Position numbers and translations under genes: made by a program | Assembly: GCA_036005065.1 (NCBI GenBank) | Contig: DASYQW010000033.1 | Coordinates: forward strand, 21,989-85,988 | DNA length: 64,000 bases | Origin: Candidatus Methylomirabilota bacterium | GTDB taxonomy: Bacteria; Methylomirabilota; Methylomirabilia; Rokubacteriales; DASRDR01 | Reading direction: 5' to 3' | Notes under the pieces: generated by a model | Told to the model about the DNA's origin: nothing | Seen by the model: only the letters and a program-made list of their open reading frames with translations | The model's database searches: none | Part shown: positions 26,318-34,840 of the stretch, piece by piece | Layout of the letters: the number at the start of each line of letters is the position of its first letter | How positions within the stretch are numbered: the stretch's first letter is position 1

Positions 26318-28833
26318 GGGCGTTTGCCTTCCGCATGGCCTGGCGCGAGACCCGGGCGGCCTCGCGCCACGTCCTGATCTTCTTCGCCTGCATCGCGTTC
26401 GGCGTCGGCGCGCTGGTCGGTGTGGCGAGCTTCGCGGCGAGCCTCGACCGGACGCTCGCCCACGAGGCCAAGGCGCTCCTGGGCGGCGACCTCGAGCTGC
26501 GCGGAGCGCGGCCGCTCGATCCGCCCACCGAAGCCCTCCTGGGTCGGCTGGCCGCGCAGGGGGCCACCCTGACGCACGTCCGGGAGCTGGTCGGGATGGC
26601 GCGCGATCCCGCCGGGGGCGGCACCGTGCTCGTCGAGCTCAAGTCGGTGGAGGATGCCTACCCCCTCTACGGCCGGCTCGAGACGGTTCCCGCCCGGCCC
26701 CTGGCGGAGCTTCTCGGCGACGACGGCGCGCTCGTCCAGGAAGCCCTGCTCACGCGGCTCGGTCGCGCCGTCGGCGACACCATGGTCATCGGCATGGGGC
26801 GCTTCCGGATCACGGGCATTCTCCGGAAGGAGCCGGACCGCGCGGCCGGCCTGTTCACCCTCGGCCCGCGAGTCCTCATCGCCGCCCGCGCGCTCCCGCG
26901 AACCGGCCTCGTCCAGTTCGGGAGCCGCATCCGCTACCGGGCTCTCCTGCGGTTGCCCGACCGACTCGAGCCGGCCGCGATCCGCGCGGCCCTCACCCGC
27001 GAGGTGCCCGACCCCGCCGTCCGCATCGCGACCTTCGACGAGGCCCAGCCCGGCCTCCGGCGATTCTTCTCCCAGCTCACCACCTACCTGGGCCTGGTCG
27101 GGCTCGTGAGCCTCCTCGTCGGCGGCATCGGCGTCGCCGCCAGCGTGCGGACGTTCATCGCGCAGAAGCGCTTCACGCTCGCCGTCCTCAAGTGCCTGGG
27201 CGCCAGCTCGCGCACGCTCCTCACGGCGTATCTCGGCCAGGCGCTGGCGCTGGGCCTCCTGGGGAGCCTGGCCGGCGCCGCGCTCGGGGTCGGCGTGCAG
27301 GCGCTCCTCGTCCCGCTCCTGGCCGGCTTCGTCCCCTTCGAGATCCAGGCGCGCCTCGAGCCCTGGGCGATCGTCCGCGGGCTGGCGATGGGCCTCTCGG
27401 TGACGCTCCTTTCCGCGCTGTGGCCGCTCGGCGAGATCCGCGCGATCCCCCCGGCGCTCATCCTCCGCTATCCGGTCGACCCGAGCGGACCGCGGGGGAG
27501 GCGCCCCTGGGGGGCCGCGCTGGTCGTCCTCGGCGGCCTCGGCGCCCTCGCCCTCTGGCAGGCCGGGTCGCCGAAGGTCGGCGCCATCTTCGTCGGCGCG
27601 ACCGCCGCCGCGCTGGTGGCTCTGGCCGGAACGGCCCGCGGGCTGACAGCCCTGGCGCGGCGCCTGCCACGGCTTCCGGACCTCGCCTGGCGCCACGGGC
27701 TGGCGAGCCTCCATCGGCCCGGAGGACAGACGGCCGGCGTGATCGTCTCCCTCGGCGTCGGCGTCATGCTCATCACGACGGTTGCGCTCCTGGAGCGGAG
27801 CATGAGCCGCCACATCGACCACGAGCGCCGCCGCGAGACGCCGTCCTTCTTCTTCGTCGACATCCAGCCGGACCAGGCGAATGCCTTCGTGCGGACGGTC
27901 CAGGCGGCCAGCGGGGGAGCCGTGCGGCCGGCCCTGACCCCGGTGGTCCGCGGGCGGCTGATCGCCATCGACGGGCGGCCGATCGTGCGCGAGCAGGTCG
28001 AGGGACGTGACCGCGCCTGGTACTTCACCCGGGAGTACGTGCTCACGTTCGCGGCCACCCCGCCCCCGGCCAACGTCCTGACCCGGGGGCGCTGGTGGAC
28101 CGCGGCGGAAGCCGCCGAGCGGCCGCGCATCTCCCTCGAGGAGGAAGCGGCCGGGACCTTCGGTGTGGACGTCGGTGGGACGCTGACCTTCGACATCCAG
28201 GGCGTGCCGATCGAGGCTCAGGTGATGAGCCTGCGGAAGGTCGACTGGCAGAGCCTGTCGGCCAACTTCTTCGTGATCTTCTCGCCGGGCGCGCTGGAGG
28301 GGGCGCCGCTCAGCTACATCGCCACCGCCCGGGTGCCCCCGGCGGCCGAGATGCCCACGCAGGACGCGGTCGTCCGCGCGTTCCCCAACGTGACGGCCGT
28401 CCCGGTCCGGGACATCCTCGAGCGGGTCGGCGGGGTGATGGCCGAGATCGGGGTGGCGATCCGCGTCATCGCGCTCTTCGTCATCGGGGCGGGGCTCACC
28501 GTCATGGCCAGCGCGCTGACCGCCAGTCGGTACCAGCGCCTGCGCGAGTCCGTCCTGCTCCGTACGCTGGGCGCCACCCGGACCGTCGTCGCGCGCGCCT
28601 TCGCCGTGGAGTACGCCTGTCTGGGCGCCGCCGCCGGCGTCGGCGGCACGCTGCTGGGGGCGCTGCTGGCCTGGATCGTCCTCCGGTTTCTCCTGGACGT
28701 GCCGTGGACGTTCGAGCCCGGAGCCCTCGCCCTCGGCCTCACGCTGCCGATCGCCCTCGCGCTGGCGGTCGGCTTCCTGGGGACGTTCCGGCTCCTGGGC
28801 CAGAAGCCGCTCCCCGTCCTCCGCCAGGAATAG
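26314..28833 (+). CDS. ybbP: ABC transporter permease, FtsX/MacB-like with duplicated periplasmic/permease modules (YbbP-like)
   Basis: 839-aa product with two FtsX-like 4-TM modules. The GTG start overlaps the ybbA TGA (GTGA). Confidence 0.8.
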   Translation: MRAFAFRMAWRETRAASRHVLIFFACIAFGVGALVGVASFAASLDRTLAHEAKALLGGDLELRGARPLDPPTEALLGRLAAQGATLTHVRELVGMARDPAGGGTVLVELKSVEDAYPLYGRLETVPARPLAELLGDDGALVQEALLTRLGRAVGDTMVIGMGRFRITGILRKEPDRAAGLFTLGPRVLIAARALPRTGLVQFGSRIRYRALLRLPDRLEPAAIRAALTREVPDPAVRIATFDEAQPGLRRFFSQLTTYLGLVGLVSLLVGGIGVAASVRTFIAQKRFTLAVLKCLGASSRTLLTAYLGQALALGLLGSLAGAALGVGVQALLVPLLAGFVPFEIQARLEPWAIVRGLAMGLSVTLLSALWPLGEIRAIPPALILRYPVDPSGPRGRRPWGAALVVLGGLGALALWQAGSPKVGAIFVGATAAALVALAGTARGLTALARRLPRLPDLAWRHGLASLHRPGGQTAGVIVSLGVGVMLITTVALLERSMSRHIDHERRRETPSFFFVDIQPDQANAFVRTVQAASGGAVRPALTPVVRGRLIAIDGRPIVREQVEGRDRAWYFTREYVLTFAATPPPANVLTRGRWWTAAEAAERPRISLEEEAAGTFGVDVGGTLTFDIQGVPIEAQVMSLRKVDWQSLSANFFVIFSPGALEGAPLSYIATARVPPAAEMPTQDAVVRAFPNVTAVPVRDILERVGGVMAEIGVAIRVIALFVIGAGLTVMASALTASRYQRLRESVLLRTLGATRTVVARAFAVEYACLGAAAGVGGTLLGALLAWIVLRFLLDVPWTFEPGALALGLTLPIALALAVGFLGTFRLLGQKPLPVLRQE

Positions 28834-28909
28834 CGCCGCCCGCCGGGGACGTCGGGCCCCCCGGGATTCGCCCGCGGCCTGGAGCGGCCGGCGGGTATAC
28901 ACTGGCCGC

Positions 28910-29278
28910 ATGGGCTTCCTGGTGCGGGTCCTCGTCAACGCGCTCGCCATCTACCTCGCGGCCGCCGTGGTGCCCGGGATCGAGATCCGCAGCCCCCTGG
29001 TCGCCCTCGGAGCGGGCCTCGTGCTCGGCCTCGTCAACGCGGTCATCCGTCCCATCCTGCTGATCCTGACCCTCCCGTTCATGCTGGTGACGCTGGGCCT
29101 CTTCCTGTTCGTCCTGAATGCCTTCTGCCTTTGGCTCACCTCGGTGCTGGTCAAAGGCTTCGAGGTGCATGGCTTCTGGGCCGCGCTCTTCGGCGCCCTG
29201 CTGGTGAGCGTGGTGAGCTGGCTCCTGACCACCTTCGTGAGCGACCGCGGCCAGATCGTCGTCATCCGGCGCAGCTGA
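28910..29278 (+). CDS. Small membrane protein, phage-holin-4_2/DUF360 (YvlD-like) family
   Basis: 122-aa product with four predicted TM helices. Residues VNALAIYLAAAVVPGIEI...LVALGAGLVLGLVNAVIRPIL are typical of DUF360. Confidence 0.7.
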   Translation: MGFLVRVLVNALAIYLAAAVVPGIEIRSPLVALGAGLVLGLVNAVIRPILLILTLPFMLVTLGLFLFVLNAFCLWLTSVLVKGFEVHGFWAALFGALLVSVVSWLLTTFVSDRGQIVVIRRS

Positions 29279-29294
29279 TCCGGCGCCGGCTCCG

Positions 29295-29450
29295 TCACGG
29301 GACCCGGGCCGCGGCCGGTGACACCGGAATCGGCTCGAGGGGGTAGCCGCGCTCGCGCCAGGCGTGGAAGCCTCCCAGCAGCGGCCGGACCCGGTCGATC
29401 CCGCGCCGCCGGAGAATCAGCGCCATCCTGGCGCTGGAGGCTTCGTTGGG
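29295..29450 (-). other. In-frame continuation of the rhodanese domain downstream of the TGA (PNEASSARMALILRRRGIDRVRPLLGGFHAWRERGYPLEP...)
   Basis: It contains the characteristic rhodanese C-terminal GG..AW...G.P motif. It would be read only after Sec insertion, stop-codon readthrough or correction of a sequencing error. Confidence 0.5.
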
Positions 29451-30257
29451 TCAGGTGCAGTAGAGCACGATCTCTCGATCGCGCGGGATCTCGTGATGGC
29501 GCACCGAGAGCTCCTCGGTCGTCATGTTGAGAGCGCCGGGAATCCGCACCGGCTCGGCCTCGACGTCGAGCGAGTGGCGCAGGTCGACGACGAGGAGTCC
29601 CTCCCCGGCCTCGAGCCGAGCCCGGAGCTCATCCGGGGTGATCCGGGCGATCCGCAGCCGTCGCAGGAAGCGCTGGCGCGCGACGTACTTCCAGCTCACG
29701 TAGACACCCAGGGCGACGACGACGAGCGCCACCACGCCCGTGCCCATGCCCGCGGCGTAGCCCGCTACCCGCTCGAGCTGGTCCGCGAAGACGTAGCCGA
29801 GCCCGACGAAGACCCCGGCCCACAGGAGACCGCCCAGACCGGTGAACGCGAGGAAGCTCGCGAGGCCCATCCCGACGATCCCGGCCAGGGGCGGCGCCGC
29901 CGTGCTCAGGCCCGGCACGAACTTGGCGACCAGCAGCGAGGGCGCGCCATACTGGGCGAAGGTCTCCTGGGTGCGGCGGACGCACGAGTCGGGCTCGAGC
30001 GAGATCCGGCACAGCAACGTCAGGACCGCGCCTCCGCGAAGGCGTCCCATCAGGTACCAGGCCGCGTCGCTCACGAGCGACCCCAGAACGGCGACTCCCA
30101 GCGTCGCGCCGAGACTGAGCTTCCCGGCTCCCGCCAGCGCTCCGGCGGCCAGCAGAATGGGAACGGCCGGGATCGGGAGCCCGATCTGCTCCGCCAGTAC
30201 CCAGCCGAACACCACCGCATAGCCGTGCCGGACCAGGAACTCGAGCAACCCGGCCAC
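29451..30257 (-). CDS. DedA-family membrane protein fused to a rhodanese domain. The ORF terminates at a TGA two codons after the rhodanese catalytic Cys (possible recoding or pseudogene)
   Basis: DedA/SNARE-associated TM core, then rhodanese ...LVVDLRHSLDVEAEPVRIPGALNM...EIVLYCT-TGA. The GTG start follows a GGGGAGG RBS. The in-frame continuation 29295..29450 encodes the rest of the rhodanese fold. Confidence 0.65.
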   Translation of the reverse strand: MAGLLEFLVRHGYAVVFGWVLAEQIGLPIPAVPILLAAGALAGAGKLSLGATLGVAVLGSLVSDAAWYLMGRLRGGAVLTLLCRISLEPDSCVRRTQETFAQYGAPSLLVAKFVPGLSTAAPPLAGIVGMGLASFLAFTGLGGLLWAGVFVGLGYVFADQLERVAGYAAGMGTGVVALVVVALGVYVSWKYVARQRFLRRLRIARITPDELRARLEAGEGLLVVDLRHSLDVEAEPVRIPGALNMTTEELSVRHHEIPRDREIVLYCT

Positions 30258-30354
30258 TCGAACCTCCCCGCGCCATATAGATGCGCCGGGCGCGCCGGGG
30301 GGTGCATGCTCGCCATCCGACGAGTCTCGCGGCCGTCGACCCCCGGGAGGTATG

Positions 30355-30900
30355 ATGGCCGCGATGCTCGTCGCCCACGTCGCCATCACCACGGCCGCCG
30401 ACTACCTGATCCGCCGGGAGCCGCACCGCCATGCCCACATCGAACGGCTGGCCGAGCTGCGCGGACGCGGCGTGCTCATCGCCGGAGGACCCACGCCGGA
30501 CGGGCGCACGGCCGAGCTTTTCTACCGGCTCCGGCGTCCCACCGAGCTGGCGCCCCTGATCGAAGAGGATCCCTACTATACCGGCGGCGCGTGGACGGCC
30601 TACGCCTCGCGGAGCTTCTCCCAGTTCGTCGAGCCGTGGGAGGCGCCGTCCATCGTGCTGGACGGGTCCCGGAAGGCGACGATCGTCGAGGGGCCGGCCG
30701 AGGATTCCAGCATGGCGCAGATTGCGCTGGTGGAGCTCCGGGGCGCCGCGCGACTCGTCCTTGGCGGGTTGTTCGATGAGCGCGCGACGCTGGCGGTCAT
30801 GCGCTCGGCGGACGGAGCGGAGGCCGCCCGGTGGCTCGCCGAGACGGGCTTCTGGACGCCCGATCGGCTCGCGGCCCGCGCGTGGCTCCACGTCCTCTGA
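30355..30900 (+). CDS. Tandem YciI-like domain protein
   Basis: Internal duplication: LAELRGRGVLIAGGPTPDG / LVELRGAARLVLGGLFDER. A GGGAGG RBS precedes ATGATG; either ATG (30352 or 30355) could be the start. Confidence 0.65.
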   Translation: MAAMLVAHVAITTAADYLIRREPHRHAHIERLAELRGRGVLIAGGPTPDGRTAELFYRLRRPTELAPLIEEDPYYTGGAWTAYASRSFSQFVEPWEAPSIVLDGSRKATIVEGPAEDSSMAQIALVELRGAARLVLGGLFDERATLAVMRSADGAEAARWLAETGFWTPDRLAARAWLHVL

Positions 30901-30906
30901 GTTAGA

Positions 30907-30984
30907 TCGGAGGGGGTGTCGGAACACCCCCTCCGAGACCTCCCCCAAGAATCGTTGCGGCGGCAAAGCCGCCGCTCGGAGCGG
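30907..30984 (+). repeat. Copy 1 of the structured intergenic repeat. Structure: 12-bp perfect hairpin tcggagggggtg-tcggaa-caccccctccga, then cctccccc, then gcggcggcaaagccgccgc and ccgctcggagcgg hairpins
   Basis: The first 30 nt are identical and ~85% identical overall to copy 2 at 34751. It lies immediately after the stop of the tandem-YciI gene. Confidence 0.8.
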
Positions 30985-31055
30985 CACATCCGGTGGCGCG
31001 TGGTCACGTATGAGCGCGAGAGCGATGCCCCGCGCATTCTTTCCCGGACGCTGAG

Positions 31056-31943
31056 ATGGTGGCCGGGCCCAACTTCGGGGTGGCGTGCGCGCTGGCGTCC
31101 GCGCTGACCTGGACCTTGATCGGCCTCGTCGGCCGTGCGCTGGCGCCCTACTTCAGCGCGCTCGCCATCAACCTGATCCGCTCCACGCTGGGCGCCGCCA
31201 TGCTGGCTCCGGTCCTCGTCGCCCGGGGCGGCTGGGCACCGCTGTCCAGAGTGTCGGCCGAGGACTGGCTCTACCTGGCGCTCTCCGTCGTCACCGCCTT
31301 CGCCCTGGGGGACACGGCCTTCTTCGCGAGCGCGAGGGCGATCGGCCTCGGGCGGGCCATGACCGTCTCGATGATCCACCCGCTGATCGCCGGCACCCTC
31401 GGCGTCGCCCTCCTCGGCGAGCAGGTCACGGCGGCCGTGGCGGCCGGCGCCGTCGTCACGCTCGGAGGCCTCGTGCTGATCGTGAGCGAGCGCGCGCCGG
31501 TTCTGCCCGAGGCGACGGCGAGCCGGGTCGAAGGCGTCGGCCTCGCCCTGGTGGCCGCGGCCGCCTGGGGCGTCAGCCCCGTCTTGATGAAACCCGCGCT
31601 CCGCGACGTGGATCCCGTCAGCATCCAGGCGGTGCGGCTGCCGCTCGCCGCGCTCGTGCTATGGGCGACCCCGTGGGCGCGCGGGACCGGCCAGCGGATC
31701 CGCCTCCATCTGCGGGCCGCCGGAGCGCTGCTCCTGGCGCTCGGTTTCCTCACGGCCCTGAGCGCGGTCACCTTCGTGGCGGCCCTGAAGTACGCCGGCG
31801 TCACGCTGACGGCCGTCCTGTCGGCGACCTCACCCCTCTTCGCGCTGCCCATCGGCCTCCTCGCCTTCGGGGAGAGGGTGACGTGGCAGGCCGTCGTCGG
31901 CGCCAGCCTTTGCCTGCTGGGGATCGCCCTCCTGAGCCTCTGA
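31056..31943 (+). CDS. EamA/DMT-superfamily transporter (10 TM)
   Basis: 295-aa product with two EamA repeats. Confidence 0.8.
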   Translation: MVAGPNFGVACALASALTWTLIGLVGRALAPYFSALAINLIRSTLGAAMLAPVLVARGGWAPLSRVSAEDWLYLALSVVTAFALGDTAFFASARAIGLGRAMTVSMIHPLIAGTLGVALLGEQVTAAVAAGAVVTLGGLVLIVSERAPVLPEATASRVEGVGLALVAAAAWGVSPVLMKPALRDVDPVSIQAVRLPLAALVLWATPWARGTGQRIRLHLRAAGALLLALGFLTALSAVTFVAALKYAGVTLTAVLSATSPLFALPIGLLAFGERVTWQAVVGASLCLLGIALLSL

Positions 31944-32043
31944 GCAGGCTCGCCGTGGGGTAGGAGCCTATCGGATTCACCGCGCGCAGCGTGAAATCGC
32001 TACGCGTATGGCGGTCCGCTCCGAGCAGCGGCTTTGCGATAAT

Positions 32044-32457
32044 TCAGCCGGCGCGGCGGAAGGCGACGGCCTGGCAGGCGGCGACGACCGTGCCGGCGTC
32101 GTCCGTCACCGTCATCACGTAGAAACCGGCTCGCCGGCCCTGGCGCTGCTCCCGGGCCTCGGCCACCAGCCGGGCACCGGGGCGGGCCGCCGCCAGGTAC
32201 TGGATGGTCACGCTCAGGGCCACGGCCGGCTCGCCGTGGGAATTGCAGGCGCCGCTGAAGGCGTAGTCCGCGAGCGAGAAGATCGCGCCCCCGTGCGGAT
32301 CGCCCTGGAAGTTGACCATGTCCGGGCCGAGGCGCAAGGCGGCCCGGCAGTAGCCGGGGGTGAGGTCGAGGAGCTCGATCCCGAGCCGCCCGGCGAAGGG
32401 ATCCCGACCGACCTGCTCCCGCACCGACTCGGATCCCGGGGTCGCCGGACCGGTCAT
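32044..32457 (-). CDS. PaaI-family hotdog-fold thioesterase
   Basis: 137-aa product with hotdog core ...GGAIFSLADYAFSGACNSHGEPAVALSVTIQYLAAARPGARLVAEA. Confidence 0.8.
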   Translation of the reverse strand: MTGPATPGSESVREQVGRDPFAGRLGIELLDLTPGYCRAALRLGPDMVNFQGDPHGGAIFSLADYAFSGACNSHGEPAVALSVTIQYLAAARPGARLVAEAREQRQGRRAGFYVMTVTDDAGTVVAACQAVAFRRAG

Positions 32458-32534
32458 GCCGACAGGCCGCCGGCGCTCAGGGCGCCACCAAAGAGGCCGG
32501 CGTGGCTGAAGGCCGGCGCCGGCGGCCTGGGCAT
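32454..32534 (-). CDS. Candidate 26-aa small ORF (MPRPPAPAFSHAGLFGGALSAGGLSA) translationally coupled on both sides
   Basis: Its ATG lies 2 nt after the FAH TGA. A GAGGAG RBS, contributed by the FAH C-terminal codons, sits 5 nt upstream. Its TGA overlaps the PaaI ATG (ATGA). There is no homology evidence. Confidence 0.3.
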   Translation of the reverse strand: MPRPPAPAFSHAGLFGGALSAGGLSA

Positions 32535-32536
32535 CG

Positions 32537-33385
32537 TCACTCCTCCTCGATCGGATTCCGGAGGACCCCGATCCCCGAGATGTCGACCTCGATCGTGTCG
32601 CCCTTGTGCATGAACACCGGCGGGGTGCGCCGGGATCCGACGCCGCCCGGCGTCCCGGTGGCGATCACGTCGCCCGGCGCGAGCGGCGTGAAGCTCGAGA
32701 CGTAGGCGAGGATCACCGGGATCGTGAAGATCAGGAGGTCGGTGGTGGCCCGCTGCATCTCCTGGCCGTTGAGGCGGGTGACCAGGGTGAGCCGGGTGGG
32801 ATCCGGCACCTCGTCGGCGGTCGTGAGCCAGGGGCCGCAGGCGCCGGACGCGCGGAAGTTCTTGCCGGGGGTCCATTGGGAGGTGTGGCGCTGCCAGTCG
32901 CGGATGCTCCCGTCGTTGAAGCAGGCGTAGCCCGCGACGTGACCGAGCGCCTCGGTGGGTGGGATGTGCCACCCGGGCCGGCCGATGACGACGGCCAGCT
33001 CCCCCTCGTAATCGAACTGCTCGGAGACCCGGGGCTTGACCAGGGACCGGTCATGGCCGACCAGGCTCTCGGGGAAGCGGACGAAGATCGAGGGGTGCTC
33101 CGAATCGCTTCGTCCCGTCTCCTGGATGTGGGTCTTGTAGTTGAGGCCGACGCACAGGATCTTGCCGGGGTCGGGAATCGGCGGGACGAGCTCGACCTCG
33201 TCGAGGCCGACGTCGGGCGCCCGCCCGGCGGTGGCCGTCCCGATCTCGCCGAGCGCGCCCGCGGCCAGCACGGCGCGCAGGCTGCCGAAGCGCTCCCCGA
33301 GCCGCCGGCCGGCGTCGATGACGCCGCCGCCGGCGACGACGCCGAAGCTGTCCGTTCTTCGGTCACGGTAGCTGACGAGCTTCAT
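32537..33385 (-). CDS. Fumarylacetoacetate hydrolase (FAH) family protein (2-keto-4-pentenoate hydratase / HpaG-like)
   Basis: 282-aa product MKLVSYRDRR... with FAH-fold motifs (DYEGELAVVIG, GTPGGVG). An AGGAGG RBS precedes the start. Confidence 0.85.
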   Translation of the reverse strand: MKLVSYRDRRTDSFGVVAGGGVIDAGRRLGERFGSLRAVLAAGALGEIGTATAGRAPDVGLDEVELVPPIPDPGKILCVGLNYKTHIQETGRSDSEHPSIFVRFPESLVGHDRSLVKPRVSEQFDYEGELAVVIGRPGWHIPPTEALGHVAGYACFNDGSIRDWQRHTSQWTPGKNFRASGACGPWLTTADEVPDPTRLTLVTRLNGQEMQRATTDLLIFTIPVILAYVSSFTPLAPGDVIATGTPGGVGSRRTPPVFMHKGDTIEVDISGIGVLRNPIEEE

Positions 33386-34136
33386 GGTGAACCTCCTGGC
33401 GCTCGAAGCGGCGATGGAGCGCAAGCGGCCGACTCCGCTTGCGGTAGCGCATGTTCAGGAGCTCGACGAAGAGCGCGAAGGCCATGGCCGAGTAGATGTA
33501 CCCCTTCTCCATGTGGGCGCCCGTCCCCTCGGCCACCAGCATCACCCCGATCAGGAGCAGGAAGGAGAGCGCCAGGATCTTGACGCTCGGGTGACGCTCG
33601 ACGAAGCCGCTGACGGCCCCGACCGACACCAGCATCACGAGCATGGCGACCACCATGGCGGCGATCATGATCGCGATCTCGTCGGCCAGGCCGACCGCGG
33701 TGACGACGGAGTCGAGCGAGAACACGATGTCCAGCACCATGATCTGGACGAGCACCAACGTGAGCACGCCGCCCCCTCCGCCCGCGGACGCCTCCTCGTG
33801 CTCCACCTCCAGCTTGTCGTAGATCTCCCAGGTCGCCTTGGCGATCAGGAAGAGCCCGCCGCCCAGGAGGATGAGGTCGCGCCCGGACACGCGATGCCCC
33901 AGCACCGCGAAGAGCGGGGCCGTCAGGCTCATGACCCACGTGATCCCGAAGAGGAGGAGCACCCGCGTGCCCAGCGCCAGGACGAGCCCGACGCGCCGGG
34001 CCAGCGGCCGCTTCGCCCGCGGCAGCCTGTCGGTGAGGATGGCGATGAAGACGATGTTGTCGATGCCGAGCACGATCTCCATGATGGCGAGCGTCGCGAA
34101 GGCGATGAGGTTGCTGGAGGTCAGCAGGTCGCCCAT
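33363..34136 (-). CDS. TerC-family integral membrane protein
   Basis: 257-aa product with conserved IMEIVLGIDNIVFIAIL and the duplicated DSVVTAVGL TerC motifs. Confidence 0.85.
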   Translation of the reverse strand: MGDLLTSSNLIAFATLAIMEIVLGIDNIVFIAILTDRLPRAKRPLARRVGLVLALGTRVLLLFGITWVMSLTAPLFAVLGHRVSGRDLILLGGGLFLIAKATWEIYDKLEVEHEEASAGGGGGVLTLVLVQIMVLDIVFSLDSVVTAVGLADEIAIMIAAMVVAMLVMLVSVGAVSGFVERHPSVKILALSFLLLIGVMLVAEGTGAHMEKGYIYSAMAFALFVELLNMRYRKRSRPLALHRRFERQEVHHEARQLP

Positions 34137-34182
34137 GCCAGCAGCATAGCGTATGGTACAATGCCGCGGCTACGGAGCCCGG

Positions 34183-34743
34183 ATGGACCCGACGCGACTG
34201 CGCCCCGACGATCTCATCGACACCGCGCGCGATCTGACCCGCCAGTCCTACGCGCCGCGGCCGCCGATCGCCGGTGTCGCCCTCGGCGAGGTGCCCGTCT
34301 TCCGGAGCCCGGACGGACTCTTCGCCGAGATCGCCCGGCTCGACGAGGCGCGCCAGGCCGACGGCTTCCCCGGCTTCTGCCCGGTCCAGTGGAACTGGAG
34401 CCTGCTCGAGCCCGGGGCGGTCAAGGCCTGGCATCTCCATCTCAACCAGGAAGATCTCTGGATCATCCCGCCCGACGCCGCGTTGCTCGTCGGCCTGGTC
34501 GATCTGCGGCGGGCCTCGTCGACCGCCGGCCACACCCAGCGCCTCACCCTCGGCAGCGGGCGCTGCCATCGCCTGCTGATCCCGCGCGGAGTCGCGCACG
34601 GCGTCGCCAACCTGGGGCCGCGCCGGCAGACCATGCTGTACGCGGTCAACCAGTTCTTCACGGCCGACCCCGACGGCACGGACGAGTGGCGGCTCCCCTG
34701 GGACCGCTTCGGCGAGAGCTTCTGGGCGATGAGCAAGGGCTGA
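34183..34743 (+). CDS. Cupin-fold protein, dTDP-4-dehydrorhamnose 3,5-epimerase (RmlC)-like
   Basis: ...FCPVQWNWSLLEPGAVKAWHLHLNQEDLWIIP... The ATG (MDPTR) follows a GGAG RBS; the track ORF begins 30 nt upstream. Confidence 0.55.
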   Translation: MDPTRLRPDDLIDTARDLTRQSYAPRPPIAGVALGEVPVFRSPDGLFAEIARLDEARQADGFPGFCPVQWNWSLLEPGAVKAWHLHLNQEDLWIIPPDAALLVGLVDLRRASSTAGHTQRLTLGSGRCHRLLIPRGVAHGVANLGPRRQTMLYAVNQFFTADPDGTDEWRLPWDRFGESFWAMSKG

Positions 34744-34750
34744 GTTCAGG

Positions 34751-34828
34751 TCGGAGGGGGTGTCGGAACACCCCCTCCGAAGCCTCCCCCGAGGATCGTG
34801 GCGGCGGCAAAGCCACCGCTCGGAGCGG
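34751..34828 (+). repeat. Copy 2 of the structured intergenic repeat
   Basis: It sits between the convergent cupin (+) and cyclase (-) genes. It produces the spurious MSEHPLRSLP ORF seen also at copy 1. Confidence 0.8.
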
Positions 34829-34840
34829 ATGTCGCCCGCC

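Noticed and set aside
29629-30987. 452-aa minus ORF
   Set aside because: It is antisense to the tandem YciI-like gene, alt-frame to DedA, and has no motifs.
30916-31107. 63-aa ORF MSEHPLRDLPQESLRRQSRRSER... (and its twin starting at 34760)
   Set aside because: They are generated by the palindromic intergenic repeat. The similarity between the two reflects repeat DNA, not a conserved protein.
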